Shown: positions 23,555-36,205 of the stretch, piece by piece | Layout: the number at the start of each line of letters is the position of its first letter | How positions within the stretch are numbered: position 1 is the first letter of the stretch | Assembly: GCA_013265495.1 (NCBI GenBank) | Contig: MU058824.1 | Location: 1,329,111-1,393,110 of the forward strand | Origin: Vicugna vicugna | Taxonomy: Eukaryota | Reading direction: 5' to 3' | DNA: 64,000 nt | The notes under the pieces: model-generated | What the model was told of the DNA's origin: nothing | Seen by the model: only the letters and a program-made list of their open reading frames with translations | Databases searched by the model: none | Position numbers and translations under genes: made by a program

Positions 23555-23930
23555 GGGCACAAAAAATTTACCCCTGTATCTTCTTACCAGAGTGCAATAG
23601 TTTTGATTCATTTTGAGTTAGTTTTTATATAAGTTGTGAGGCAGGAGACCAATTTTACTCTTTTGCATGAGGATATCCAGTTGTCTTAATACCATTTGGT
23701 GAAGACCGTTTTTTACCCCCATTGAGTGGTCTTGGACCATGGCAGAAAAATCTAGTAATGATAAATGTGAGGGTTTCTTCCCAGATTCTCAAATTCTGTC
23801 CTGTTGTGTATATGTCTGTCTTTATTCAAGTACCACACAGTCTTGATTGCTGTAGATTTGTAGTAAATTTTGGAATTAAGAAGTTTGAGTCCTTCAACTT
23901 TATTCTTCTTTTTCAAGATTGTTTTGGTGA
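23555..23930 (-). mobile_element. Old L1 ORF2 fragment (reverse)
   Basis: ttgcatgaggatatccagttgtc...gtaccacacagtcttgattgctgtagatttgtagtaaattttg, reverse L1 ORF2. Confidence 0.85.
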
Positions 23931-24580
23931 CTCAATTTGGACAGCTAATTTTTGACAAAGCTGTAAAGGCAGAGTAGTGGAGAAAGCATAGTCTTTTCAA
24001 CAAACAGAGTTCTGGAACAATTGGATATCCATATCTCTTGATTTTTTACTCTTCTGCCCATGACCCCTGCTTTTGGCTCAACTCCTATTTTATGAAATGC
24101 TTACATTCTTCTAGAGGCCTTTTTCTTATTCCTTTTCAAAAACATAAATTTAATCAAGCGTGATTAAATTTAAATCTTCTTGTTCTGTGCTTTCTCTTTT
24201 CACAGGCTATGCCTTACCTCTCTGTTCATAGACTATTTCTGAAATCTGGGAATGTGAGCAGCTTAAAGGGGAAAATTGATGGGAGTCAAGGAGGCAGCCC
24301 GTTAATCTGTTCTCTGTGCTTCTCCCAGACAATGGCCTTCCCTCTCACTGGCCAGCTCTAGGGAAGGGCCTGAGCAGCCAGAGCTACAAGGATTTGGGCA
24401 CCTGCAGGGCCATCCGGCATTGGGCAACCTCTCTCACTTGGTTTCTGCAGGAGTCAGGGCCTCCTCACATGCCTAGCTACTTTGTCCATTAGCATAATGT
24501 GCCTTTATGACGTAAATCAAGTATCTAGTGCACACAGATGTCCAGCTAAGCTGTGCAAACAGGCCTCAGAGGCCCTGATT

Positions 24581-24600
24581 TGGCCACTGGGGGGGCAGGA
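24581..24600 (+). promoter_or_regulatory. Candidate CTCF site
   Basis: tggCCACTGGGGGGGCAGga resembles the CTCF core CCASYAGRKGGCRS, with G in place of the conserved A. Confidence 0.45.
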
Positions 24601-24629
24601 AGTACCAGCAGAGCTCTGTGCAACCCAGA

Positions 24630-24800
24630 ATTCTCCCAGTGTGGCCCCTGGTCCAGCAGTATCAGCACCACCCAGGAACTTGCTAGACATCAAACTCTCA
24701 GGCTGATTGAATCAGAACCTCTGGGACGGGGCCCAGCAATTTGGGTTTTATCCAGCCCTTCAGGTGATTCGGATGTACCTGGGCAGTTAAAGTGCTTATC
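24630..24800 (+). mobile_element. MER5A-type element
   Basis: ttctcccagtgtggcccctggtccagcagtatcagcaccacccaggaacttgctaga...gaatcagaacctctggga. Confidence 0.8.
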
Positions 24801-24990
24801 TTCTGGCACTAAATTATCAAGCTTTAATGTCCTGCTTCTGCCATTTGTTAACTGTTACTTAAAATCTCTGGGTATCAGTCTCCTCATCTATACAATGGAG
24901 TTGATAAAGGTACCAGCCTCCAAAGGGCTCATGTGCAAATTAATGGAATGATCCATCTAAATTACTTAGGAAGCACTTAATAATCATAAG
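24800..24990 (+). mobile_element. MIR SINE
   Basis: tcagtctcctcatctatacaatggag core. Confidence 0.65.
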
Positions 24991-25479
24991 CTTATAAATA
25001 TGAATATCACTTGCCTTCTCTGCTTATGAAAATTCATCGTCATGTGTAATAGTCATATAACTGTTTCTCAAAGAAATTTATATATGATGGACCTACTTAT
25101 TTTGATAAGAAGCAATGTAAGTATTATCATCATCTCCATTGCCCACTTGTAGAAACCGAAGCCCAATGTACCGTCCTTCCAGGGTGACAGTGAGACATAA
25201 ATCCCTACTGACTTGAACATCTGTGTATTTTTGTCACATCATGAGTTCTCGGAGTGCAGGACTGCAATCTTAGTTGACACAAGTTTAACTGTTGTAATTG
25301 AGGTACCTGTATTTGTCTACTCCAAGAAGAAAGATGAGGTTAATGGTGATGCTGTTAGTTATATATAAAGTGCTTTGGGGGACCCAGCTTAGCACCTTAC
25401 TCACCCCTGGTCCCTGAGAGTCCTCATTTTTGAAAGGGGAGAGGCTGTTTGGTGGGGTGGAAGAGGCCAACTCAGCTCC

Positions 25480-25670
25480 AACTTCTGGCTCCAACATTTC
25501 TTAGCTGAGTGTGTGACTTTGAACAAGGCGCTTGCCTCTTAGAACTTCCTTTTCCTCTTCTGAAAGATGGGGTATTATCCATGCCCTGCCCAGCTCCCAG
25601 AACAGCCTTGGGTCTCAAATGAGATAACAGCTGTGGAAGCACTTTGCAAACTGTAAAGTGCATGCACAAG
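25480..25670 (+). mobile_element. MIR SINE
   Basis: agtgtgtgactttgaacaag...ttttcctcttctgaaagatgggg...aaatgagataa. Confidence 0.65.
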
Positions 25671-26309
25671 CATGGAATTGGAAGTCACAGAGGTGGTGAG
25701 GGCAGTTTGCTGAAGACAAATACCGCCACCCCACCCGCAACCAGCCCCCCGCTGGCTCTCAGCAGTCCTGTGGTCTGGCAAGGCCACAGTACTATGCAGC
25801 TGGTGGGAGGTAGGTGGGGATGGGTGGAGAATTAGTCAGGATGTGTGGTCTGACCCATGTCAGGGAGCAGCCTGCCACGGCAGGGGGAGCTCAGAGACCC
25901 TGCCAGGCAGAGCCACAGGCCTGTGCCATCACAGGTATAAGCCATCAGCTCAGAAATACCCACCGCTGGCCTGCTTCCTGGTTAACCACGGGCGCTCTGG
26001 AGTCAGGCCCAAGGAATCACTTGAAGCAAAACAAGATCCCGTCCCAGCTGCCAGTTCACAAGAAGACTGTGGCTCAGACCCTCACTTCCCGGGGCCTTAA
26101 TTCTACAATACAAGCCAACACAAGGAGACTGGTTCTCAACTAGCCCACTACCTCTATTATTTTCCCTCCTACATCGAGTGCTTGCATCCAGAAATCTTCC
26201 CTGCCAGTACCTTTTCCTAAGTGACGACAAATGTGTTTGCCATTTTTGCAGTATTCAGAGACACAAACTGAGAATCCAGGAGACTACTCCTAGCAGTGCA
26301 GGGTGGAGT

Positions 26310-26520
26310 TGGGGAACCAGCCTGTCTGGATTGGATCCTGGCTGGCTGTGTGGCCTTAGGCAGCTTGCTTAGCCCCTTTGAGCCTCAGTTTCTCCACCTG
26401 CAAAATGGGGATGATAAGCCTCCCCATCTTACCAGGTTGAAGGTTAGTGGGATGATGCGGGTCAAGGGCTTCGCCCTGCTCCTGGCAGAGGAGACACTCT
26501 GTGAGCAGCTGTCATTATCT
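26310..26520 (+). mobile_element. MIR SINE
   Basis: gagcctcagtttctccacctgcaaaatggggatgata core. Confidence 0.8.
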
Positions 26521-27469
26521 TCTCCAGCAACACCAGGGTACAGAGGGACCACACTGAGCTGACTTCAGGGAAACGCTGAGACCCCTGAATGGTCAGGAGC
26601 CTGTAAGCCCTCGCACAGGGGCTACAGACAGTTTCTTATAGGCTTTTGAAAGAACTGGAAATAGTCTGAGGACCTCCAGCAGCCAGGGGCCTCCAGCCTG
26701 GGAACCACTGCCCCGGAGTCGTAATGCTTCTTCCAGCTCTGACAACACCTCAGCTCTACTGAAGATCAGCCAAACCTCTTAAAAGAAATCCACGTGCTCA
26801 GTGGCAGCTGGACCTGTGGTGAGTCCAAGGCAGACCCCAGGAGGGGCAGCCACAGCCCAGAGTCCTGCCTCCCAGGAACGGGGGCCCTGGACAAGTGGGG
26901 CACATCAGAGGCAAGTTTGAAGCCTCCTATTCAGAGTGTCTGGGAACTGAACTTCCACACCCTCCCCCACCTCTGTGATCTAAACAGACCAAGAGAGAAG
27001 GAAGTGGTTATTTCAAAGGCTGGGCGAGCCCCCTTTGCAAAGGGGCCTGCGTCTTGAGTCCCCCAAGGACTTGCTGAGAGAGAGAACTTTGCCTGTTTCC
27101 TTGCCTTCATTTCCTCCTTCTGCTCCTTGCAGGCCTGTTCTAAATATATATCCTAGAGGTCAAGATATGAGATGGCAAGAAGCAGTAACTAGCCACCAAA
27201 GGTAGAGAGAAAACTCAGGAGCTGGGTGGTGTGGGAGTGGTCTGGGGGTCAGCCGTGCCAGTGAGGTCTCCCACGGCAAATGCCACGGCTGATGGGAACA
27301 GCACACACCTCTACTCACCCCGACCCCGTGGGTGCCTCTCACCCATTCTCTCTGGCTTCTTGCACCAGCCGCCTGAGACATCCAATCAGGGGTTCTTGTT
27401 CCTGTTATACAGAGGGAGAAACCAAGAGCCAGAAAGGAAGTGCTAACACTATAAATCATGGTTGACTTG

Positions 27470-27610
27470 TACTGAACACTTACTAACTTGCCAATAAGGT
27501 ACTGAGAACTCATAGGATTCCCACCTGGATCTGGTGAGGAAAGTACTATTATTACCGTCTTGGTTTTACAGATAAGAAAGTGAAGGCACAGAGATGTCAG
27601 TAACCGTCAG
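27470..27610 (-). mobile_element. MIR SINE
   Basis: ttttacagataagaaagtgaaggcacagaga core. Confidence 0.7.
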
Positions 27611-28499
27611 ATGCCGAAGCCGACACTTGTAATCACTGGTTACGCCCGCCCTGCCCAAGGGATTACAGGAGTCAGGGGCAGGGCCAGAAGCCAAACCAAG
27701 TTTAATGCTCTGTCCCTGCTGCCCGTCTGATTGTGTGGTGAGTGTAAGGCTGGCTATTCAAACAATCAGATCTATACAAAAAGGGACCAGCTGTGTGGGC
27801 GGGAGTGAGCACCCCATTACTGAGGGGCATCCCAACCGAAAGTACAAGATCCCTCGGTGGGGTGTCACAGTGGTGACTGGGGTTGAACTTAAGAAAAGAC
27901 ACAAGCATCTACAGAGGATGGAAGGGGACAATGAAACCCATTGTGGTTGCCAAACAAACCTCCAAAAAAGATTGCCAGGTCCCATCTCCTCTTTCCAGCC
28001 TCATGTCACTCATTCATTCTAAAGCTACAATTTGCTGAGAGCCTGCTCTGTGCCAGATGCGGTGTCACGTAGCAACTGACAAGGCAGACACAGCCCCTGA
28101 CCTCCTGGAGCTGATACTCATTCCAGTGACCTGCGCAACCCAGATGGCCTTCCTGCAACTTCCTGGACTACACCAAGCTTTCTCACCCTGGATCTTGGCT
28201 CCTTCTGTTTCCCTTCTGCCAACTCCTCATGCTGAAATCAACCCCAACTCAAATGCCACCTCTCCTGGGACACCTTCCCTGGTATTCCCAATAGCACTGT
28301 CATTCCTCCCGCCCAGCTCCTGTGACCATACAGGGTGTTTACATATCACATGGGGGGGGTGCATTGGTTTGCTTTGAATTTCAGGTAAATGGTGGGGGGA
28401 GTGGGGCGTTCTTCTCCAAGACCAGAAGCCCGTGGACAGCAGGAATTGTGTCCTATTCTGACTTTCTAATGCCAGGCACCCTGGCACCGAGAAGATGCT

Positions 28500-28650
28500 C
28501 GTTCACTCATTCATTCGTTCAACAAATATGCCCTGAACACTGACATGTGGCAGGCCCTGTTCTGCCTCAGGGTTTACAAAACAAAGAGCCCTACCCTCAT
28601 GGACCTTCTGGTGAGAACGACTAAGTGGACAAATCAGTAACTGAATGAAT
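28500..28650 (-). mobile_element. L2 3' end
   Basis: ttcactcattcattcgttcaacaaatat...acatgtggcaggccctgttct. Confidence 0.7.
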
Positions 28651-30740
28651 ATGCGGTGAATCCTGAAAACCCTTTTGAGATCCTACACCTAGGAGAAGGC
28701 ACATTTTAGGACTGTTTGTATATTCACAAGGCCAAATATTTATCTAAATTAAGTGAGCTCTTGAAGGAAGCCTACCTTCCTCTGTGGTGTGAGTGTTTAA
28801 AAATCACCGGAAAGAAACTGTGTTGGAATTAGTTGTTGCAGCGTGACCCCGTTCGGGAATCCAAAGCCATCGAGGTATTAATCTGAGGCTTGGATAAAAT
28901 AAAATAAACTAAGCTTTAGAGTCACAGAAATGATTCAGTTTGAGGAAACACCAGGCCCAAGGATAGTAATAACAAAAATAATCACAGCAAACACTTACAC
29001 AGCACAGACACTGCCCCCGCTCCTGACAGATGACAGGGCTGTTTCGGAAGGAAGGGGAGGCTACCAGAGGGGCGACCCTCACGGGAGCTGTCCCTCAAGA
29101 TGGGCCATTGTTCACTTGTGCTCCGACTGTCCCCTGAGCCACAGCAAGTTTGCAGCCTTTGAAATTCCCAGGAATTCAACGGCAGAAAGTATAGCCTTCC
29201 CAAGTGAAAGGAAATTTGATTTTCTAAAATAGAAAAATTATGCTCAGAGGAGGAAATTCCTTGAAACTATGGAAGCATCTTTAGTCCCTGAAAAGAAGAA
29301 CAGAAAGCACACCTATTGAGAGCCTATTATAGACCAGGCACGGGGCTCGGACCTGATGTGAACTCTCGTTTACTCACTGCTGGGTGCTGGCCTAATGCGA
29401 GGCCACAGCCAGGAATGAAATGCATGATACTGTCAGTCCCCAGGGCCGACATGCACCAGGATGTCCCTATAGAACTGTCCATTTGTTAAAATATTCATAT
29501 GTTTCTGTTTACAGAGCAGCTGCCCCGCGCTCCCAAGTGCCTGCCACCTTCCCCAGCTGCCCCAGGCCCTCTTCCCATCCTCCCTGCAACCTTCCCCAGG
29601 ATCCAGCCACCCAAGAGTTGACTCCAGCACAGCTGGGAGCCCAGAAGACCTGGCACCGGTTGGTGGCCCAGCCAGACCTGACTGGTCAGTGCCTGTTAAA
29701 TGTTCTGCTTATCACCCTTGGCTGGCCCTCCTGGAGCTCCCAGGCCGTGGGTATCTCACCGAACCCCAGCAGCCCTGCGAGGGGGAATCCACTGACCCTC
29801 TCAGACTTCTGCCTGCAGCTCCCTAAATGCCGCCATCCCCCAAGCTTCCTTCCTCCGCCACTACCTTCTCCTTCCTGCAGTGATCTGACCCCAGCTGGTG
29901 GTTTCTTACCTTTTCTACCCACTCATATCCCCTGAATTTGCTCCCCCAGCCTGGACCTCTCCCCTGAGCTGGCCATACAGTTAACCGCCTGCTGGACGTC
30001 TCCCCCGAGGTCAGCTTCTTCCCCAGACCTCTCCGTCCTCCCCTGCCTCCTCCTCCCTTCCTCCCGTGTTCCCGTTTCTCTTATTCACATATGCACATAT
30101 TCACGCCCAAAACACCCAGACAGCATCCATTACAAGCCAGGCACCATGCCCAACATCAAGGATGAGGAAGGGAGCAAGATAAACCCTCGAGGAGCCCATA
30201 GTCCATCTGATGCCCAAGCACAAAGCTTAGTGTCACCTCCAATTCCCCCTCCTTCAACCCCAGCAGGAATGTTCAAGTCCTGCCATTTGCCCCTTTCCCT
30301 CCATCTCCACCACCAAGGCCTAAGCCCAGATCCTCATCCTCAATGCCTCCCTCCCAGGCTCCTCAGCTCCCTTCTCGAGTGGCCTTCTCCAGAGCTTTCT
30401 CGGCCACACAGCCAGAGGGGTGTCTCTGGCACATGTCTAAAGCTGACCCAACTCAGCTTAGAGCCTTCCATGGCTCCTCACGGCCCTCAGGAGAAAGTCC
30501 ACACTCCCTGGCCTGGCGTTCACAGCCCATCCTGACCTCACTTCCTCCAGCAGGGTAGGCCTCATGGGAGACGAGTTTTTGGGTGGTGGAGCTGTCTGTT
30601 CCCACCCACCTGCTGACTCTTCCCCAGCTGGGAGACACATGCACACAGACCCCATATGCACACGGACACACACACACCCTCAGGTGAACCTGAGACACAA
30701 ACAAGGAAGCCCATTTATACCAACACACATGCACATAGAT

Positions 30741-30937
30741 ATAGTTGTCACACTCAGCAAATAAAAGCATAAAGTGCCCAGTTAAATTTGAATTTCAGAT
30801 GAACGACAAATTATCTTTTAGTATAATAAGTATGTTCCAAATATTGCACAGGACAGACTTATCATACTAAAAATTACTTTGTTGTTCATCTGAAATTAAA
30901 ATTTAACTGCGCATCCTGGATTTTATCTGATGACTGC
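30741..30937. mobile_element. MER53 palindromic MITE
   Basis: cagttaaatttgaatttcagatgaacgacaaa...tttgttgttcatctgaaattaaaatttaactg long inverted arms around aagtatgttccaaatattgcacaggac. Confidence 0.85.
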
Positions 30938-31689
30938 ACATCAAGAAAGGCTTACACAACACCACCCCACACAGAACCCAGCTTACACACCCACACACAT
31001 TACACACCAACAATCCAATTCCTTTTATCACCTAGACCAACTGTGGCAGGACCATGACATCAGCAAGCTGTGGAGGGCTCTTCAGGGAAATGTTTATTCC
31101 AGGAATAAATGCCTAATTGACAGGAATTCCTGGACGTCCAGGTTCTGGAATGTTGTGTGCCCAGAGCATTCCTGCGGAAACTGGGGTTCCATTGATTGCA
31201 GTGCCCTGACTCACAGGGATGGCCGTGGGGAGAAGGGGTCTACGGACCTGAATCTCTCACTCCCTCTTGTGAGATTTCCAGAGCAGAGTTTAGTTCCTCT
31301 CCCAAACAGGATCTCCTTGTTCAGGTCCAAAGGCAGCCTGGGAATGAGAAAGCCCCAGAATTTGAAGGCAGACACAATTAGGTTAAAACCTGACTTCAAC
31401 ACATCTGTACTGCATGTCTTTGGGCAAGTCATTTACCCTCTCTGAGCATTCATTAGTTCATCAGTATTATGCAAATGATCCATTAATAAACCAACTCCTT
31501 AGAGTTATGGTAAGAATTACTAAATGATATTATATATGGAAGACTATTTTTTGAGTTTTGGTATAAACTCTTATTATAAAGTACATACACAAATCAAAGA
31601 AATATCAACTGCAATCGGATTCAGAGATGGAGTGGCCCCTCAGGTTGTAAGTAAAGCACAGAAGAGGAGAAGGCAATGAAATGTTGGGA

Positions 31690-31875
31690 CAGTTAAACTC
31701 AGGCAACGAAAGAGGATTGGAGGAAACTTCTAGAAGTGATGGGTATGTTTGTGGCATGGATTGTGATAATGGTTCTGTGGACATATACTTATTTCCAAAC
31801 TCATCATGTTATATAATTAAATTGTACCACTCTTTGTATGTCAATCATACTTTAACAAAGTGGTTTAAAATAATA
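31690..31875 (+). mobile_element. Old L1 3' terminus
   Basis: ggaaacttctagaagtgatgggtatgtt...tttgtatgtcaatcatactttaacaaagtggttt. Confidence 0.7.
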
Positions 31876-32209
31876 AAGTCAGGCGCTAGTATCAATTAAA
31901 TAGTGTAGAATCATATCCTAAATAGGTCAGGTTCTAAATTTAGCAGACAGGGAAAATTGTGTATTTTTAAAACACTTTGAAAACCCTTTAGGATTGTATG
32001 TACAATGCTGTGCAACATCAAATAATTCCTATACACATTGGAAACTTAGGACCACAGAAATAGAATGAAGGAAATTCTTTGTGCAAACATCCGGGCATAT
32101 TCTGTTTTCCAAATGACTAGCAAATCCCCAGTGGTGGCTGGCAGGGGTGGAATTTCAGCATTTCTACTTGCCTGCATGGTTTCCTCTGTTCTTCTCAAAA
32201 CATTGAGCT

Positions 32210-32606
32210 TCTATGGGGTCAACATTAGTGTTGTTCATCAATGTTTCTAGTTGTCTCCTGCCTTGAATGCAATAGATTGTGTTTACTCCCTTGAGGTTAG
32301 GCAAGATTATGTGACTTGCTTTAGTCAATGAAATGTGAAGTGATGTGTGTTACTACTGGGCAGAGGTGTTCAAGTTCTACTAAATGCTAAGCAACTCTTC
32401 ATCTTCTCTTCCCTTGGCTGCAGTGCCAACAACATTCCAGATGGTGAATCCTGAGTGTCCAAGAGAGGTCAGTGTGGGGCAGGGACACCACTGATCTACA
32501 ATGGACTTGTAATATAAGGGGGAAATAAACCTTTGCTGTTTTAAGCTATTCATATTTGGGAGGTGTGTGTTACTGCAGCAAAACCCAGCCAATCCTGACT
32601 AATACA
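32210..32606 (+). mobile_element. MaLR LTR (MLT1-type)
   Basis: gaaataaacctttgctgttttaagc...gttactgcagcaaaacccagccaatcctgactaataca terminus. Confidence 0.8.
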
Positions 32607-32999
32607 CTTTATAATCTTAATATGTATTCATAGATGTTTTTGTTGATAAGTTTTTTTAATGGCATTACTGCTTATTAGGGAAGGAAAGTTCTAAGTAGAC
32701 TCGTAAGTTAAGTGAGCCTGATGAGATGTCACATAATCATATCCTGCCTAGTCTCCTTCCAAACAGAATTCATAGTACCTTAGGAAGTCAAACTACATAC
32801 TGGCAAACAGAGTAGCTAATCTAACCATGGAGGAGAGATGGCAATCCATTCAGGGAAAAATGGGAGAGGATTGTACGTGGAAGCTTTGCCCAAAGCCAAG
32901 AATGAAACATTAAATCATGGATCAGTGAGAGTATTCAGAAATGGGTAATAAGAGAAATTAGTACCAAAGGCTCTGGACAAGAGGGATGGGAGGGAGGAA

Positions 33000-33190
33000 A
33001 CAACATTTATAGAATGCCTGCTATGTGCCAGATACTGTGCTACATGCACTGAAAATGTAATTTCTTTACTAGTCTCACTAAAATGCAATGATGTAGAAAC
33101 GGAGGCTGAGAGGTCAAAGAAGTTGCCCAAAGTTTCACAGTGACAGAGCAAGGATTCAAAGCCACACTGGCCTCACTCTTACATGGATGC
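33000..33190 (-). mobile_element. MIR SINE
   Basis: acatttatagaatgcctgctatgtgccag...gaaacggaggctgagaggtcaaagaagttgcccaaag. Confidence 0.75.
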
Positions 33191-34307
33191 TCTTATTGGA
33201 ACCATAGGGAGGCTGAGTTTGGCAGGACACACTGGCCACCATGTGCTCCAGGCGTGGTAGCAATTTAATGTGGAAACAGGCTAGCATTCAGTTTCCCAAT
33301 AGCTTGGATGTGGTCTCTTGGCGAAGACTGAGGTGTCCAGAGGGCTTGCCCCACACAGGGCGGCCCTGCTTATAGTCGACTTCCTGCTCTGCACCAACAA
33401 GGTTCCCGGGATTCTTGTGAGTGTCCCCAGAGGAGGAAGCAGCATTCCAGGCCCAGATGCAGACAGCTGTGTGCTTCCTCCAGTCTCGGGTGACTCATGC
33501 TGGGACAAGAAAGCCCCTTCTTTGCCCGGATTCCCTGTCTCCAAATCCTAATCTGGGGAAAGCTGCCTTTAGCAAGCTGAACACAAGACTCCGGGTGGCT
33601 GGCGCACGAAAGGAACGGGGGACTGAGGATGTCCAAAGAGAGCAGGGTCCAGAACAAAGAGGAAATTCAGGGTGGGAGATCGTTTTTTCTCCCTGGCAAG
33701 GCTCCTGTGGCCATCTGGCTGAGGGGGCTGTTATTCAAACCTCTGGATCATCGTCTGTTTGTTTTTTAGGAGTCTGCAGCTGATTATTTTCATCAAATTC
33801 CCTACGACCAACTGCACTGGCTCCAGTAGCAGGCAAACCCATGCAGCCAGCGCGTCCTCTCGTCCGGGTTCACAGCTCCCGCCCAGGGAGCCCGCAGCAC
33901 CGCTCTTCTCTTACCAACAAGTGGCCCCCGGCCCAGGATAGGTTCTTCACCTTTGGATGCCAAGGCCAGCACTCCAGATGCTCCGCTGACGTCATCTGGA
34001 CAGACTGGAGTGAAGGAGGGGCATTTTGGAGATCAGAAAGCCCCTGGAGGCCAGACCAGCTCCTGGGGACTCTGGTATTGTCCTCCCAGATCTGAAAAGA
34101 CAGCACCAACTTTTTCTGGGTGTCTTCAATGTGCAGAAAGGCAGGATGTAGAGATCTCAGAGAGGACTGAGTTGGGAGTTCAGGCCCAAACTCCACAACT
34201 CTTGCTCTAAGGCAACTGAGCCTCCTTTCCTTCCTCTGAGGATTGGGGGCAGTAAAGCTTTATGTCCCTGAGCTGTTGTTATGCAAATACATATACATAT
34301 AATATTA

Positions 34308-34773
34308 CAGGCACACCTCATTTTATGGCACTTTTCGGGTATCATGTTTTTTTACAAATTGAAGGTTTGTGGCAACCCCACATTGAGCAAGTCTCTCGGC
34401 ACCATTTTTCAGCATTTACTCACTTTGCGTCACTGTGTCACATTTTTAGTAATTCTCACAATATTTCAACCCTTTTCATTATTATTATATTTATTATAAT
34501 GATCTGAGATCAGTGATCTTTGATGTTATTACCACAACTCACTGAAGGCTCAGATGATGGTTAGCATTTTTTAGCAATAAAGTATTTTAAAGTGTGGTGT
34601 GTACATTGTTTTTAGATATAATGCTATTTCACACTTACTAGATTACAGGGTAGTGTAAACATAAGTTTTATGTGCACTGGGAAGCCAATAATGTGTGTGA
34701 CATGCTTTATTTCAATATTCGCTTTATCTTGGTGGTCTGGAACTGAACCCCAGACACCTCCTAGGTATACTAG
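34308..34773 (+). mobile_element. Tigger1 internal-deletion derivative (TcMar)
   Basis: ta|caggcacacctcatttt...ttttttacaaattgaaggtttgtggcaaccc...gaaggctcagatgatggttagcattttttagc...|ta; both ends present with TA flanks. Confidence 0.85.
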
Positions 34774-35274
34774 TATACAGACTGCGTCTGTACATAGCAC
34801 GTTCTCACAGTTTCCTCCTTCCATTTCTTCAAGCATGTGACATGCTGGTCTCAGCCCTCCTGGCTGGAAGGATGGGGGAGGCCTCCTGCTCCTGGCTGTG
34901 GGGAACAGGATGCAGGGACTGGGGACTTGCCTTCCAGAGGTGATAAGAGGGGCCCATGTTTTCAAACTGTAGTGGCCAAAGACTGATAACTTTTTACCCA
35001 GAAAGTAAAATCCAAATGGTTTGGTAAGACATGAGCTCAGTTGCTCAATACACCTTCTGGACGTCAGCCTGTCCTTGGGGTCAAATGAGCTCCAACCAGG
35101 CCAGGCATTTCATATCTACTTCCTCCTGCAACTGTTTTTCAGTAGAGAAGCTTGACCTATGCAACACGGACACACACTCAAGGTCCCTCAGAAAGAGCTT
35201 CTGTATGTGCCAGAGGGACAAGTTCAACAGTAAGGTGTGTGTGGTTGGGGATGTCATTAGAAAAAGGAAGGAGG

Positions 35275-35690
35275 CATAGGCACATGAAAACATGCTCAAC
35301 ATCACTAATTATCAGAGAAATGCAAATCAAAATTACAGTGAGGTACCCGATCTCACACCGGTCAGAATGGCCATCATTTAAAAAGTCCACAAACAATAAA
35401 CGCTGGAGAGCATGTGGAGAAAAGGGAACCCTCCTACATTCCCCTGGTGGGAATGTAGTTTGGTGCAGTCACTATGAAAAACAGTATGGAGATTTCTTAG
35501 AAAACTAAAAATAGACTTACCATATGATCCGGCAATCTCACTCTTGGGCATATATCTAGAGGAAACTCTAATTCGAAAAGATACATGCACCCCAATGTTC
35601 ACAGCAGCACTATTTACAATAGTCAAGACATAGAAACAACCTAAAAGTCCATGGACAGACTACTGGATAAAGAAGTTATGTTGTGTGTAT

Positions 35691-35729
<39 letters not shown>

Positions 35730-36205
35730 AATATTACTCAGCCATAAAAAAGAATAAAATAATACCATTTACAGCAACATGGTTAGACCTGGAGATCATC
35801 ATTCTAAGTGAAGTAAGCCAGAAAAAGAAAGAAAAATATCATATTGTATCACTTACATGTGGAATCTAAAAAAATGACACAAATGATTTTACAAAACAGA
35901 AGCAGACTCACAGACATGGAAAATAAACTTATGGTTACCAGTGGGGAAGGAGGGGTGGAGGAACAAATTGGGAGTTCGGGATTTGCAGGTACACACTACT
36001 ACAAATAAAACAGATAAACAGCAAGGTCCTACTGTATAGCACAGGGAAGTATATTCAACAACTTGCAATAGCCTATAATGAAAAAGAATATGAAAATGGG
36101 TGTATATATATATATATATGAATCACTATGCTGTGTACCAGAAGTTAACACAACATTGTAAACTGACTATACTTCAAGAAAAAATTTTAAAAATTTAAAA
36201 AAGTA
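35275..36205 (+). mobile_element. Younger lineage-specific 5'-truncated L1 with TSD
   Basis: ORF2 C-terminal peptide [22 protein letters not shown] (then frameshifted), 3'UTR and A-rich tail; TSD aaaaaggaagga at 35261-35272 and 36206-36217. Confidence 0.9.
35693..35726. repeat. (AC)n microsatellite inside L1
   Basis: Uninterrupted acacac run, ~17 units. Confidence 0.9.

Noticed and set aside
29420..31445. Two 171-aa ORFs (29420-29935 and 30930-31445)
   Set aside because: Low-complexity or repeat-overlapping, no recognisable domain, no supporting splice or promoter context.
35152..35869. ORFs with L1 ORF2-like peptides (also 2174-2419, 18063-18257, 22447-22725)
   Set aside because: Frameshifted, 5'-truncated L1 remnants, not host genes or active elements.
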